DNA from: Rhodospirillaceae bacterium
GTDB lineage: Bacteria; Pseudomonadota; Alphaproteobacteria; CACIAM-22H2
Length of the DNA: 60,799 bases
Reading direction: 5' to 3'
Assembly (NCBI GenBank): GCA_009694125.1
Contig: SHVT01000002.1
Location: 1 to 60,799, forward strand
Shown piece after piece: positions 52,257-60,799 of this stretch. Under the pieces are notes generated by a model, which saw nothing but the letters and a program-made list of their open reading frames with translations, had not been told where the DNA came from and made no database searches. The translations under genes and the position numbers were made by a program. The first letter of the stretch is position 1. Each line of letters begins with the position of its first letter.

Positions 52257-52886
52257 ATGAATAACGGACGCAGGGGGCTGATGTTCGTGTTGTCGTCGCC
52301 ATCGGGGGCGGGAAAGTCCACGATTTCGCGGCGGCTGCTGGCCCTCGATGCCGATGTGACGATGTCGGTATCGGCAACGACGCGCCCAAAACGGCCCGGC
52401 GAAGTCGATGGCGTCGACTACCACTTCGTCGATCCGACGGAATTCAATCTGATGATCAACCGCCGCCAATTGCTGGAATACGCAAAAGTCTTCGACAATT
52501 ACTACGGCACCCCGCGCCAGCCGGTCGAGCAGGCGCTGGCCGCCGGGCGCGACGTCCTATTCGATATCGACTGGCAGGGAACGCAGCAGCTAGCGCAGGC
52601 GGCGCGCACGGACCTGGTCAGCGTCTTCATCCTGCCGCCTTCGACCGCCGAATTGGAGCGCCGCCTGCGTACACGCGCCCAAGACAGCGACGATGTCGTC
52701 GCGCGCCGCATGGCCGATGCCGCAGGCGAAATGAGTCATTGGGCGGAGTACGACTACATCATCGTCAACCGCGACCTCGACGAAAGTGTGCGCTGGGTCT
52801 ACGCGATCCTGATCGCAGAGCGCCTTCGCCGCCACCGGCAGGTCGGTTTGACCGATTTCGTCAAGGCCCTGCGTCAGGGTCAATGA
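52257..52886 (+). CDS. gmk: Guanylate kinase
   Basis: [12 protein letters not shown]-loop, [18 protein letters not shown], and YYGT. Confidence 0.93.
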   Translation: MNNGRRGLMFVLSSPSGAGKSTISRRLLALDADVTMSVSATTRPKRPGEVDGVDYHFVDPTEFNLMINRRQLLEYAKVFDNYYGTPRQPVEQALAAGRDVLFDIDWQGTQQLAQAARTDLVSVFILPPSTAELERRLRTRAQDSDDVVARRMADAAGEMSHWAEYDYIIVNRDLDESVRWVYAILIAERLRRHRQVGLTDFVKALRQGQ

Positions 52887-53721
52887 CCCCGCCAGCCATG
52901 GCCAGGTAGGCCTCGGTCAGAGCCCCAAAGCGGGCGACATCCAATTCCTCCGCCCGCGCTGTCGGGTTCTCGCCCGCACGTTCCAGCAGCGCTCCCACAT
53001 CCACGCCGAGGGTCTTGAGGCTGGAGCGCAGCATCTTTCGCCGCTGGCCGAAAGCGGCGGCGGTGACACGTTCGAGCGCCACCGCCGGCACCGCGGGTCG
53101 GGGCTCCGCGATGGGCACGAGTTGCACGACGCTCGAATGGACTTTTGGGGGCGGCGTGAAGGCGCTGGGCGGAATGTCGAACAGCCGGCGGGCGCGGCAG
53201 CGCCACTGCGTGAACACGCTCAACCGCCCGTAATCCTTGGTGCCCGGCGTCGCGACTAGTCGAAGGGCGACCTCGCGCTGGAACATCAGCGTCATGTCGA
53301 CAAACGCGTCGGCCTGCATCAGCCAACGCAGAAGCAACGCGGTGGCGATGTTGTAGGGGAGGTTGGCGACGATCTTGCGGGGCGGATCGCAGAGGGCCGT
53401 GAGATCGACCTCCAGGGCATCGGCCGCGACGATCCGAAGCCGGTCTGGGTATGCCGCAACGACGTCGGCAAGGGCACCGACACAGCGTTCGTCGCGTTCG
53501 ATCGCGACGACCCGACGAGCGCCCGCCTCCAGCAATGCGCGTGTCAGCCCACCCGGGCCGGGGCCAATTTCGATGATTGTCGTTTGAGTAAGATCGCCGG
53601 CGCTGCGTGCAATGCGCCCGGTCAGATTGAGATCGAGCAGGAAATGCTGGCCGAGGGAGCGGCGCGCACCGATGCCGTGCCGCGCGATGACCTCGCGCAG
53701 CGGCGGTAGTGCATCAGACAA
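52861..53721 (-). CDS. rsmA: 16S rRNA (adenine1518/1519-N6)-dimethyltransferase
   Basis: [19 protein letters not shown] and ANLPYNI. Confidence 0.92.
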   Translation of the reverse strand: MSDALPPLREVIARHGIGARRSLGQHFLLDLNLTGRIARSAGDLTQTTIIEIGPGPGGLTRALLEAGARRVVAIERDERCVGALADVVAAYPDRLRIVAADALEVDLTALCDPPRKIVANLPYNIATALLLRWLMQADAFVDMTLMFQREVALRLVATPGTKDYGRLSVFTQWRCRARRLFDIPPSAFTPPPKVHSSVVQLVPIAEPRPAVPAVALERVTAAAFGQRRKMLRSSLKTLGVDVGALLERAGENPTARAEELDVARFGALTEAYLAMAGGVIDPDAGP

Positions 53722-54748
53722 GTGTCGGACGCCGGACGCTGGCGCGACGCCGAGCCGCTATTTCGGCGGCAAGTTTCAGCGCCGCCATCAGACTTTCAGG
53801 ATTGGCCAACCCGGTGCCCGCGATGTCGAACGCCGTGCCGTGGTCGGGAGAGGTGCGGACGAAGGGCAGGCCGAGAGTGACGTTGGCGCCACTTTCGAAC
53901 GCCAACGTCTTCAGCGGGATGAGTGCCTGATCGTGATACATACAGAGCACGGCATCATATCGCTGCCGCGCCGCCGCGTGGAACAAAGTGTCGGCAGGCA
54001 GCGGACCGAAGACCTCGACCCCGCTCTCGCGCAAGGCCGCAACCGCGGGCGCGATGATCTCGATTTCCTCATCGCCGAATGCGCCGTCTTCGCCGCCATG
54101 CGGATTAAGGGCTGCCACGGCAACGACGCGCCGCTGGCTGCCAAAATCCTCACCCAATGCCCTTGCCGTAACGCGCCCGGCAAACACGATGTCTTCGGAT
54201 TTCAATCCGATAATGGCCGAGCGGAGAGACTGGTGGATCGTCACCGGTACGACGCGCAATCCGCCACCAACGAGCATCATGACCGGGAGGCTGCCGCCGC
54301 CGGCCTTGGCCGCCAAATATTCGGTGTGCCCGGGATGGCGGAACCCGGAGTCGTAGAGTGTCCTCTTGTGGATTGGATTGGTAACCAAGGCGGCCGCCTC
54401 GCCGCCGAGCGTCAGCGCGAGCGCCTGATCGATGGAAGACACGACCGCTGCCGCGTTGGCGGCGACAGGTTCGGCGTTCGACGAGGCCGACAGGCCTACA
54501 CCAACGGGGAGTACGGGCAGAGCATCCTTGAAGACCGGCGCCGCCGCCGCCGCGGTCGCCACCGACCGCACGGGCACGGACAGGCCAATCTGACTGGCAA
54601 GGCGCTGAAGGCGCCCGGCATCGTCAATGGCGAAAAAGGGTGGCACACCTTCATTGCGCCTGAGCCACGCCTTTAACGTGATTTCTCCACCAATCCCAGC
54701 AGGCTCGCCCATGGTGAGCGCGATCGGAGGAACGGCCGAGCCGTTCAT
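53714..54748 (-). CDS. pdxA: 4-hydroxythreonine-4-phosphate dehydrogenase
   Basis: [30 protein letters not shown] and [14 protein letters not shown]. Confidence 0.92.
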   Translation of the reverse strand: MNGSAVPPIALTMGEPAGIGGEITLKAWLRRNEGVPPFFAIDDAGRLQRLASQIGLSVPVRSVATAAAAAPVFKDALPVLPVGVGLSASSNAEPVAANAAAVVSSIDQALALTLGGEAAALVTNPIHKRTLYDSGFRHPGHTEYLAAKAGGGSLPVMMLVGGGLRVVPVTIHQSLRSAIIGLKSEDIVFAGRVTARALGEDFGSQRRVVAVAALNPHGGEDGAFGDEEIEIIAPAVAALRESGVEVFGPLPADTLFHAAARQRYDAVLCMYHDQALIPLKTLAFESGANVTLGLPFVRTSPDHGTAFDIAGTGLANPESLMAALKLAAEIAARRRASVRRPTLV

Positions 54749-56019
54749 GCACGCAGATCGATATAGGCGGAACGGCGGAGATCGCGAAGAAAACGGCGTG
54801 CCTGGATGTCGATGCGCTGCCTTGTGAGATTGGCAAGAATTTCCTCGCGGCGCGGCAATTGGGCCTCGGCCTCCTCTCGCTCACACACCATGACGACCGC
54901 CACGCCGACCGACAGCACTTGCGGGGCGCTGACCTGTCCAATGGAACCCGAGACCGCCGCGGCGCGGATTGCCGGCGCCAGTTCCTTCGCCTTGATCTTG
55001 GCGCCCGCTCCCGCGACTGGAGTGCCGAGTTCAAGTCCGAGCTTCTCCATGTCCGCGCAGCCAGCGATCGTCTCGCGAAAAATCTCGGCGAGGTTCTTTT
55101 GGCTTTGGATCTCCTCGGCGCTGGCGTTTGCCGAGAGCGGAAGCAAGATCTGCCGGAGGCTGATCACGGCATCATCCGCGGCGGGGCCGGAGAGAACACG
55201 ACGGTCCCGAAGAAAAAGAATGTAATAACCGGCGAGCGAACGTATCGGGCCAATCATCTCGCCCGGGCTTAGGTCGCGCAGCCGGGCATAGGCCTCGTCG
55301 TCCAATTGATTGTCGAGCACCCAACCCAAATCGCCGGCGACGCTGGCCGAAGCGCTTTGCGAAAATTGTCGGGCCACGGACGAAAAATCCGCTCCCTCGC
55401 GGATTTGCTCGACCAAACGCTGCGCTGTCAGGCGAACGTCCTCGTCCTGGCCGGGCGAATCGACCGCCAGGAATATCTCCGAGGCCAAATATTGTGGGAG
55501 CCCCTGACTCGCCCGGATTTGGGCCAGCACCTCGTCGACCTCTTCGTTCCCCACGTCGACGGCGCCCCGGACGCGCCGGTTCAGGACCTTGGCCCAAGCT
55601 AGAGCCGCGCGGAGTTGGCTGTCGAGTGTGTCTCGGGAAACACCAATGCGGATCATGAACTGGTTGATCCCGCCGGGAGGCATTTGATTCTCCCGCTCAA
55701 GGTGCACGATTCCCTGCTCGATTTCGGCCTCGGTGACGGCGATGCCGAGGCGGGCGGCCTCCTGCAACTGAAGCCGCTCATCGATCAGTCCACGAAGAAC
55801 CTGCGGGGCCAAACGTCGTTGCGACTCCGCCGTTCGTGGCAGCCCCGTCGCGGCGATCACGAATTGGGTGCGCGCGGCGACGTCGTAGATCGATATGACG
55901 TCGTCGTTGACCACAGCGGCGATACGCTGCACCTCCTGGCCGAAGGCGGTTTCGCCGATGACGAGGGCGCATAGCGCCAGCCACGTCCAAAGAGGCCGAT
56001 GGGAGCTGCTCGTGCGCAT
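54745..56019 (-). CDS. surA: Periplasmic chaperone / peptidyl-prolyl isomerase SurA-like
   Basis: Signal peptide from the ATG at 56019 (MRTSSSHRPLWTWLALCALVIGETAFG), a SurA N-domain and a parvulin-like region. Shows the lptD-surA-pdxA-rsmA synteny. The track start at 56088 is a TTG. Confidence 0.82.
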   Translation of the reverse strand: MRTSSSHRPLWTWLALCALVIGETAFGQEVQRIAAVVNDDVISIYDVAARTQFVIAATGLPRTAESQRRLAPQVLRGLIDERLQLQEAARLGIAVTEAEIEQGIVHLERENQMPPGGINQFMIRIGVSRDTLDSQLRAALAWAKVLNRRVRGAVDVGNEEVDEVLAQIRASQGLPQYLASEIFLAVDSPGQDEDVRLTAQRLVEQIREGADFSSVARQFSQSASASVAGDLGWVLDNQLDDEAYARLRDLSPGEMIGPIRSLAGYYILFLRDRRVLSGPAADDAVISLRQILLPLSANASAEEIQSQKNLAEIFRETIAGCADMEKLGLELGTPVAGAGAKIKAKELAPAIRAAAVSGSIGQVSAPQVLSVGVAVVMVCEREEAEAQLPRREEILANLTRQRIDIQARRFLRDLRRSAYIDLRA

Positions 56020-56084
56020 GGACCGATTTCCGACAGTAATTGAGCGTCTATATACGCCTATCGCCGGCTTCCGCAAAAGTGGCG

Positions 56085-58268
56085 TCAAAAAACGCGGGTC
56101 TGCACGTCGCCAAGTGTCTTAAAGACAACCCGGAGAAGCACGATGTTGTCCGGTCGCAAGTCCCGATCGATCGTGAAGCGACGGTCGAAGTTGAGTGCGA
56201 TGTAGAAGCATTCATCCTCGTAGTTTATTCCGGCTCCGCTCAGCAAGGTTCCACCATTTTCGGTGATGTCCTGCCGGGTGCGTATGCTGGCCTCCCAGTT
56301 CTCCGTGAAACGGGAGCTGAGGCGGGCGTTGACCTCCTCGCGGTCGCCGAACTGCCCGGACGCCGAAGAGCGGTCGAAAAAGACGTAGTTGGCGCTCAAC
56401 CTCAGCAGCGGTGGGCCGGCTTCGGCGGCCAATTCGCTACGGCGCGCGACGAAATCATCCTTGTCGATGCGAACCCTGTAGAGAAGATCGAGGTACCGAT
56501 TGGGCGTGACGCGCAGTCTGGCGCTGAAATCGGAGAGATTGTCTTCCAGGCCGCTGCCGTTGGGAAAGGTGTCGTCGGCATTTAGACGATAACTTTGGCC
56601 GATGAACAGCGAAGTGACGCCGCCGCCATCTCCGAAGGCTCCCAGGTTCAAGCCATAGTTGATTCGCTGACCGCCATCGACGCGGTCGAGGCCGGAGAAT
56701 CGATTCAGGCTAAACAAGTTGGTATCGTCTACCTCCAGCGACTGGCTGTCCTCGTTTGGGATTTTTGGCGGATTGCCTCCGTTGGGCGCCATGACGAGAC
56801 CGAGTCTGGGCTCGATCAGTTGATGGATCGCACCTTCGTGGCGGACGAGAGGATAACGCCAATCGAGGCCGATTTGCGGCATCACTCGGCCGCCGAAGCC
56901 ATTGCGCGTACCGGAATTGGGCGCGGCGAGGTTCGGGACTTCGCTGACATCGTAAGCGTCGCTCTGAACCAAGGTGCTGAGTGTATAGACATCGCCCGCC
57001 GGGGCCGTGTAGGGGAGCTGCCAGCCGCCCTTGAGCGACAGGCGGCGCGTATTCGTGCCTTCGCTGCGGTAGATCGATAGGGCGTTGGCGTCCAGAGAGT
57101 ACCGCGAACCCAGACGGCCGGGTTCACCCACGAAATTGTAGTTGAACATCGGCAGGACCAATGGCGTGGTTCCCGGATCGTCCTCCGCCCGCAGGCCCTG
57201 GAATGCATAGGCGTCGACGGATGCGTATTGGCGCCCATTGAATCCCTCGGCGAACGCGCGGGATCGCAGCGTGTTGGGCGAACGGAATCCGTAACGTCGC
57301 AAATAGGTATCGTCGGTGGCGCGCTCCAGGTCGTAGCCACCGCGCCATCGGTCGTTGAGATCGATACGACCCTTGCTGAAAATATGACCGCGATCGTCGT
57401 TTTCGCCGGTGCGGTTGCCGATGGCATCGCGACCGTCGGTCCGCGTGATGCTGCCCGACACCTGAAATTCGCCGTTGACCAACCGTTCCCGATACTCGCC
57501 CGACAGGACGACGCCCTCTTTCGAGGTGAAAATCGGCTCCAGCGTGGCATCGCGGTTAGGGGCGATGTTGAAAAAATAGGGCGTCTTGAGGATCGCGCCG
57601 AGGCGCGAGGAATTCCCGATTTCAGGAGCAAGGAATCCGCTTTTCTTAGGCGCGGTCGGATCGGGATGCTCGAAATACGGTGTGTATGCGATCGGGATAC
57701 CGAAAAACTCAAGCGTGGCGTCGGTGTAGGTTACCTCCTGCGCCACCTGGTCGTGGACCACCCGGGCCGCCTTGACCTGCCAAAGAGGCGGCCGGGTGGG
57801 GTCATCGGCGCAAAGCGCGCATGGGGAATAGACGGCCTGACGCAACTCCGTCCGATTGCCGCCGGATCGCGCGCCGCCCGCCGCGGCGAAACGCGACTGG
57901 TCGGAAAGCAGGATTCGGATGTTTTGCGCAACGCCATCGCGCAAGTCGTCGGTCAGATCGAAATAATCCGCAAAGATGACGTTACCCCCCGGTTCCAGGA
58001 GGCTGATGTTGCCGACGGCCGCGACTTGGCGTGTTACCTGGTTATAAGTGACCGTGTCGGCGAGGAGAATGCGGTCGCCCTGGCTGATTTCGACATGGCC
58101 TCGGGCCACCGCGATTCCGAATTCTTGGTCGTAGGTGACCTCATCGGCGCTTAACAGCACCGAAGGGTTCGTAGCCGGCGCGGTGCTGAACCGTTGGCCG
58201 AGCGCGGGCGCGAAGGTGCCGAAGGCCAGGATGACGGCCGCAAAGAGCATCCACCGGTCACCCACCAT
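56085..58268 (-). CDS. lptD: LPS-assembly outer-membrane protein LptD
   Basis: 727 aa with a signal peptide, an N-terminal OstA-like fold (LSADEVTYDQ...GHVEISQGDRILLADTVTYN) and a large C-terminal beta-barrel. Confidence 0.9.
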   Translation of the reverse strand: MVGDRWMLFAAVILAFGTFAPALGQRFSTAPATNPSVLLSADEVTYDQEFGIAVARGHVEISQGDRILLADTVTYNQVTRQVAAVGNISLLEPGGNVIFADYFDLTDDLRDGVAQNIRILLSDQSRFAAAGGARSGGNRTELRQAVYSPCALCADDPTRPPLWQVKAARVVHDQVAQEVTYTDATLEFFGIPIAYTPYFEHPDPTAPKKSGFLAPEIGNSSRLGAILKTPYFFNIAPNRDATLEPIFTSKEGVVLSGEYRERLVNGEFQVSGSITRTDGRDAIGNRTGENDDRGHIFSKGRIDLNDRWRGGYDLERATDDTYLRRYGFRSPNTLRSRAFAEGFNGRQYASVDAYAFQGLRAEDDPGTTPLVLPMFNYNFVGEPGRLGSRYSLDANALSIYRSEGTNTRRLSLKGGWQLPYTAPAGDVYTLSTLVQSDAYDVSEVPNLAAPNSGTRNGFGGRVMPQIGLDWRYPLVRHEGAIHQLIEPRLGLVMAPNGGNPPKIPNEDSQSLEVDDTNLFSLNRFSGLDRVDGGQRINYGLNLGAFGDGGGVTSLFIGQSYRLNADDTFPNGSGLEDNLSDFSARLRVTPNRYLDLLYRVRIDKDDFVARRSELAAEAGPPLLRLSANYVFFDRSSASGQFGDREEVNARLSSRFTENWEASIRTRQDITENGGTLLSGAGINYEDECFYIALNFDRRFTIDRDLRPDNIVLLRVVFKTLGDVQTRVF

Positions 58269-58273
58269 CCGGC

Positions 58274-59368
58274 CTAGCCGTCCTCAAGATGGAGAAGCAT
58301 CGTGACGCCGAGCAGCGTGCTCACTCCCGCCGGTGTCCAGGCCGCCAACACGACCGGGATACTGGAAGACATACCCAGGGCAATAACGACATCCGACAGA
58401 ACATAAAGCAGGAATCCGGCGCCCAGGCCGCTGGCGAACAGCACCGCCGTTCCACCCCGGCGGGTCAGCCGCAACGAAAATGTGGCGGCGATCAGCACCA
58501 TCGCGCCGAGCAGCAGGGGGCCCGCGAGTTCGCTATGCCAGTGGAGCCGGTGGCGGAGCGCGGAAAACCCCGCCGCCTCCAGCATTTCGATGAAACGCGG
58601 CAATTCCCAGAACGAGATGGTCTCCGGAGAGGCGAAACTCTCCTGGATTTTCTGCACGGTGAGATCCGTCGGGATCGTCTGTTCGAGTGTGAAGGTCGAG
58701 ACGTGGTCCGGCGTCGACATCCAAGCGTTCCAGACTCGCCATTGCCCATCTTCCAGGCGTATGCGCGTGGCGTCGATCCGGCTGGTGAATCGATCGGCGC
58801 CGGCGAAGAAGAACATAATGGCGTCGCGCAATTCCATGTCCTGAGGCGACACCTGCCGCGCATGAACCAAGGTATTGCCGCCGGCTTCCGTATAACGAAG
58901 CCAAAGCCCCGACGTGGGCACGGCAAGCAGGCTGGCGCGGCCGCGCAGATACTTTCCTTCGATTTGCTCATATCGCGACAACATCGCCGCAGCGATGGGG
59001 TCGAGAACGGCCACGTTGAGTAAACCGAAAAGCGCCGCGATGCCCAGGATCGGCAACAGAAATTGCCAGACCGAAACCCCGCACGATCTCATGACCGTCA
59101 ACTCATGGCTGCGGGTAAGGCGCCAGAAGGTGAACATCGCCCCAAAAAGCACGGCGAAGGCGAACATCTCTTGAACCATGTGAGGCAATTTGAGCGCCGC
59201 GAGCTGAAGAACGACGCCCAACGTCGCCTCCGGCTTGGCGGCGGCACGCCGCGTCAGCTCGACGACGTCGAACAGAAAAACGATTGCCGCCATCGCGCAA
59301 AAGATCGCGCCGAACCACAGGCCGAATTGCCGGGCTATGTAGCCGGAAAGGGTGGTGGATAAGTACAT
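58274..59368 (-). CDS. lptG: LPS export ABC permease LptG
   Basis: 364 aa with the YjgP/YjgQ permease architecture (LSGYIARQF...). Paired with lptF. Confidence 0.85.
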   Translation of the reverse strand: MYLSTTLSGYIARQFGLWFGAIFCAMAAIVFLFDVVELTRRAAAKPEATLGVVLQLAALKLPHMVQEMFAFAVLFGAMFTFWRLTRSHELTVMRSCGVSVWQFLLPILGIAALFGLLNVAVLDPIAAAMLSRYEQIEGKYLRGRASLLAVPTSGLWLRYTEAGGNTLVHARQVSPQDMELRDAIMFFFAGADRFTSRIDATRIRLEDGQWRVWNAWMSTPDHVSTFTLEQTIPTDLTVQKIQESFASPETISFWELPRFIEMLEAAGFSALRHRLHWHSELAGPLLLGAMVLIAATFSLRLTRRGGTAVLFASGLGAGFLLYVLSDVVIALGMSSSIPVVLAAWTPAGVSTLLGVTMLLHLEDG

Positions 59369-59393
59369 GCCTGAGCCCGATTCCGGCCCCCAC

Positions 59394-60521
59394 CTAGGCC
59401 TGGGCGACCGGTATCGGCAGCCGTCGGCGTCGCGGTTCGCGGAACAGAACGAAAAACGCCGCCAGCATGGGGGTCAGCACGCCGGCATACATGAGCGGTA
59501 TGAGGTTCGGCAAACGCGCGGCCACATTCTGAATTCCCATGCTCATACCCTGAAGCACGATGACGGCCAAAATGGCGCCTAACACACGCCGTGTCTGCCC
59601 GCGCCGGTTGAATTTGCCCGATAACATGGCCGCCAAAGCAATAAGAGTGAAGGCGAACGAGTAGAGCGGCATCACCAGACGGTTGTGCCCCTCGGCCTGG
59701 AGCTTGTCGTAATAGAATCGGTCGCCCGCCGAATCATCGGGAAACAACAATTCATGGACGTAGCGCTCCCGCGGTTCGCGCCAACGATTCAGGATCTCCT
59801 TGTTGAAGCGGCCGAGATCGACCGTATACCGGTCGAAATTCAAAAGCGACAGCCTTCCGCCGCCGTAATCGAATTGCTGGCGGTTGCCGTTGCCCATGAT
59901 CACCCGTAAGCCGCTCGCATCCGCGATAAGGGCGCCTTTTTCCGCCATCAACGTAACAGGCCGGTCCACCACACGGTTGTCGTGAACAAGGAGGCCTCGC
60001 AATTCGCCATCCGGTTCACGCGAGCGCACGTAAACCGTGACTCCCTCCGTGACGACGGTGAAGACGCCCTCCTGGAGCAGAATCGCCGAATAGTCGCTGC
60101 GAAAGCTCACTTCGAGGTCTTTGAATTGGCGGTAGCTCCAGGGAAGGAAATAGAGGCTGAGGGCATAACCGGCGGCAACGGCTGCCAGTGCGAGAATCAA
60201 TGCGGGCCGGGCAAGCGCGCCGGGCCCGAGGCCAACCGAACGCAGGACGATCATCTCGCTATCCATTGTCAGGCGGTTATAGGTGAACAGAACGGCGGCA
60301 AAGAGGGCGATCGGGCCGATGACGGTTAGAAAACTCGGCATCAACAAAAGCGTTAGCTGCCCAAATGCCTCAAGCGACATGCCCCGGTTGACGATCAATT
60401 CGACGAAACGAAGCGATTGGGTCAACCAGGTGGCGCAAATCAGCACCATCGTCACAAACGCCGTTGTGGCGACGAGATTGCGCATCACATACTGGTTGAT
60501 GGTTGGCATGGTTGGGCGCAC
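59394..60521 (-). CDS. lptF: LPS export ABC permease LptF
   Basis: 375 aa, YjgP/YjgQ family (INQYVMRNLV...). GTG start at 60521, or an ATG at 60509. Confidence 0.85.
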   Translation of the reverse strand: MRPTMPTINQYVMRNLVATTAFVTMVLICATWLTQSLRFVELIVNRGMSLEAFGQLTLLLMPSFLTVIGPIALFAAVLFTYNRLTMDSEMIVLRSVGLGPGALARPALILALAAVAAGYALSLYFLPWSYRQFKDLEVSFRSDYSAILLQEGVFTVVTEGVTVYVRSREPDGELRGLLVHDNRVVDRPVTLMAEKGALIADASGLRVIMGNGNRQQFDYGGGRLSLLNFDRYTVDLGRFNKEILNRWREPRERYVHELLFPDDSAGDRFYYDKLQAEGHNRLVMPLYSFAFTLIALAAMLSGKFNRRGQTRRVLGAILAVIVLQGMSMGIQNVAARLPNLIPLMYAGVLTPMLAAFFVLFREPRRRRLPIPVAQA

Positions 60522-60567
60522 CCCTTGCAGGGGTCGGATTATATTCCGTAATGGTTGAAATGACAGA

Positions 60568-60640
60568 GGCTTGTGCGGGATTTCGCCGGTGATGCGGGAA
60601 GAACGACCAGCGTTAAGGCCGTGCTACGGCTTGTGCGGGA
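60568..60640. repeat. 13-bp direct repeat GGCTTGTGCGGGA (x2) plus a degenerate third TGCGGGA
   Basis: Exact copies at 60568-60580 and 60628-60640, with TGCGGGA again at 60593-60599. They lie between the IS630 transposase stop and lptF. Confidence 0.7.
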
Positions 60641-60652
60641 GGCATCGCCCAC

Positions 60653-60799
60653 CTAGTGGATCGAATCTAACACTTGGTGCCCGCGTCTGACGGCGGCGAT
60701 GATTTTGTCCGGATCGGCGGTCCAAGTGAAGGGCCTGGGCGCGGCGTTGGTTTCGGCGAGGAAGCGGTTGATGGCAGCCTGGAGGTCGACGATCGAATG
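60653..60799 (-). mobile_element. IS630-family transposase, 3' end (continues beyond the window)
   Basis: The minus-strand translation ...HSIVDLQAAINRFLAETNAAPRPFTWTADPDKIIAAVRRGHQVLDSIH* matches the conserved C-terminus of IS630/Tc1-mariner-type bacterial transposases as I recall it. Confidence 0.75.

Overview
This 60.8-kb high-GC window reads as core chromosome of an alphaproteobacterium, judged from gene content and synteny (Rhodospirillales/Rhizobiales-like); I cannot name the taxon. Coding density is very high. Many neighbouring genes share 1-4 nt start/stop overlaps (ATGA, GTGA, TGATG), and several convergent pairs overlap at their 3' ends.

Recognisable conserved blocks:
- tRNA-Gln | ppx/gppA-like, rlmE, a LuxO-like sigma-54 response regulator
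- slt, dapA, smpB
- rpoZ-spoT-pdxJ-acpS-lepB-rnc-era-recO-parC
- bioY, bpt, motAB
- yfgM-like, bamB, der
- dnaB-alr-(mlaEF)-radA-cvpA-purF
- rpsF-rpsR-rplI
- fabD-fabG-acpP-fabF-mltG
- yicC, gmk
- rsmA-pdxA-surA-lptD-lptG-lptF

The only accessory-looking stretch is 24.7-30.6 kb. It holds a penicillin/AHL-acylase-family gene translationally coupled to an aldehyde dehydrogenase, facing a divergent CbbY-like HAD phosphatase plus a Rieske oxygenase. A partial IS630-family transposase lies at the right edge.

I found no CRISPR array, no rRNA, no recognisable defence or toxin-antitoxin module, and no convincing new multi-gene system. The observations most worth a second look are:
1. Four lesioned genes sit in otherwise pristine core DNA: a MATE transporter with two 1-nt deletions, a conserved NYN/LabA gene with one in-frame amber at what I recall as a conserved Trp codon, motA with a frameshift, and a cfa gene cut down to its N-terminal third.
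2. A response regulator resembles Vibrio LuxO at motif level much more than generic NtrC, yet no kinase, Hpt protein or sRNA partner is in view.
3. The acylase-ALDH and HAD-Rieske genes form a divergent module.

All functional calls rest on motif and sequence recognition from memory, not on database searches.
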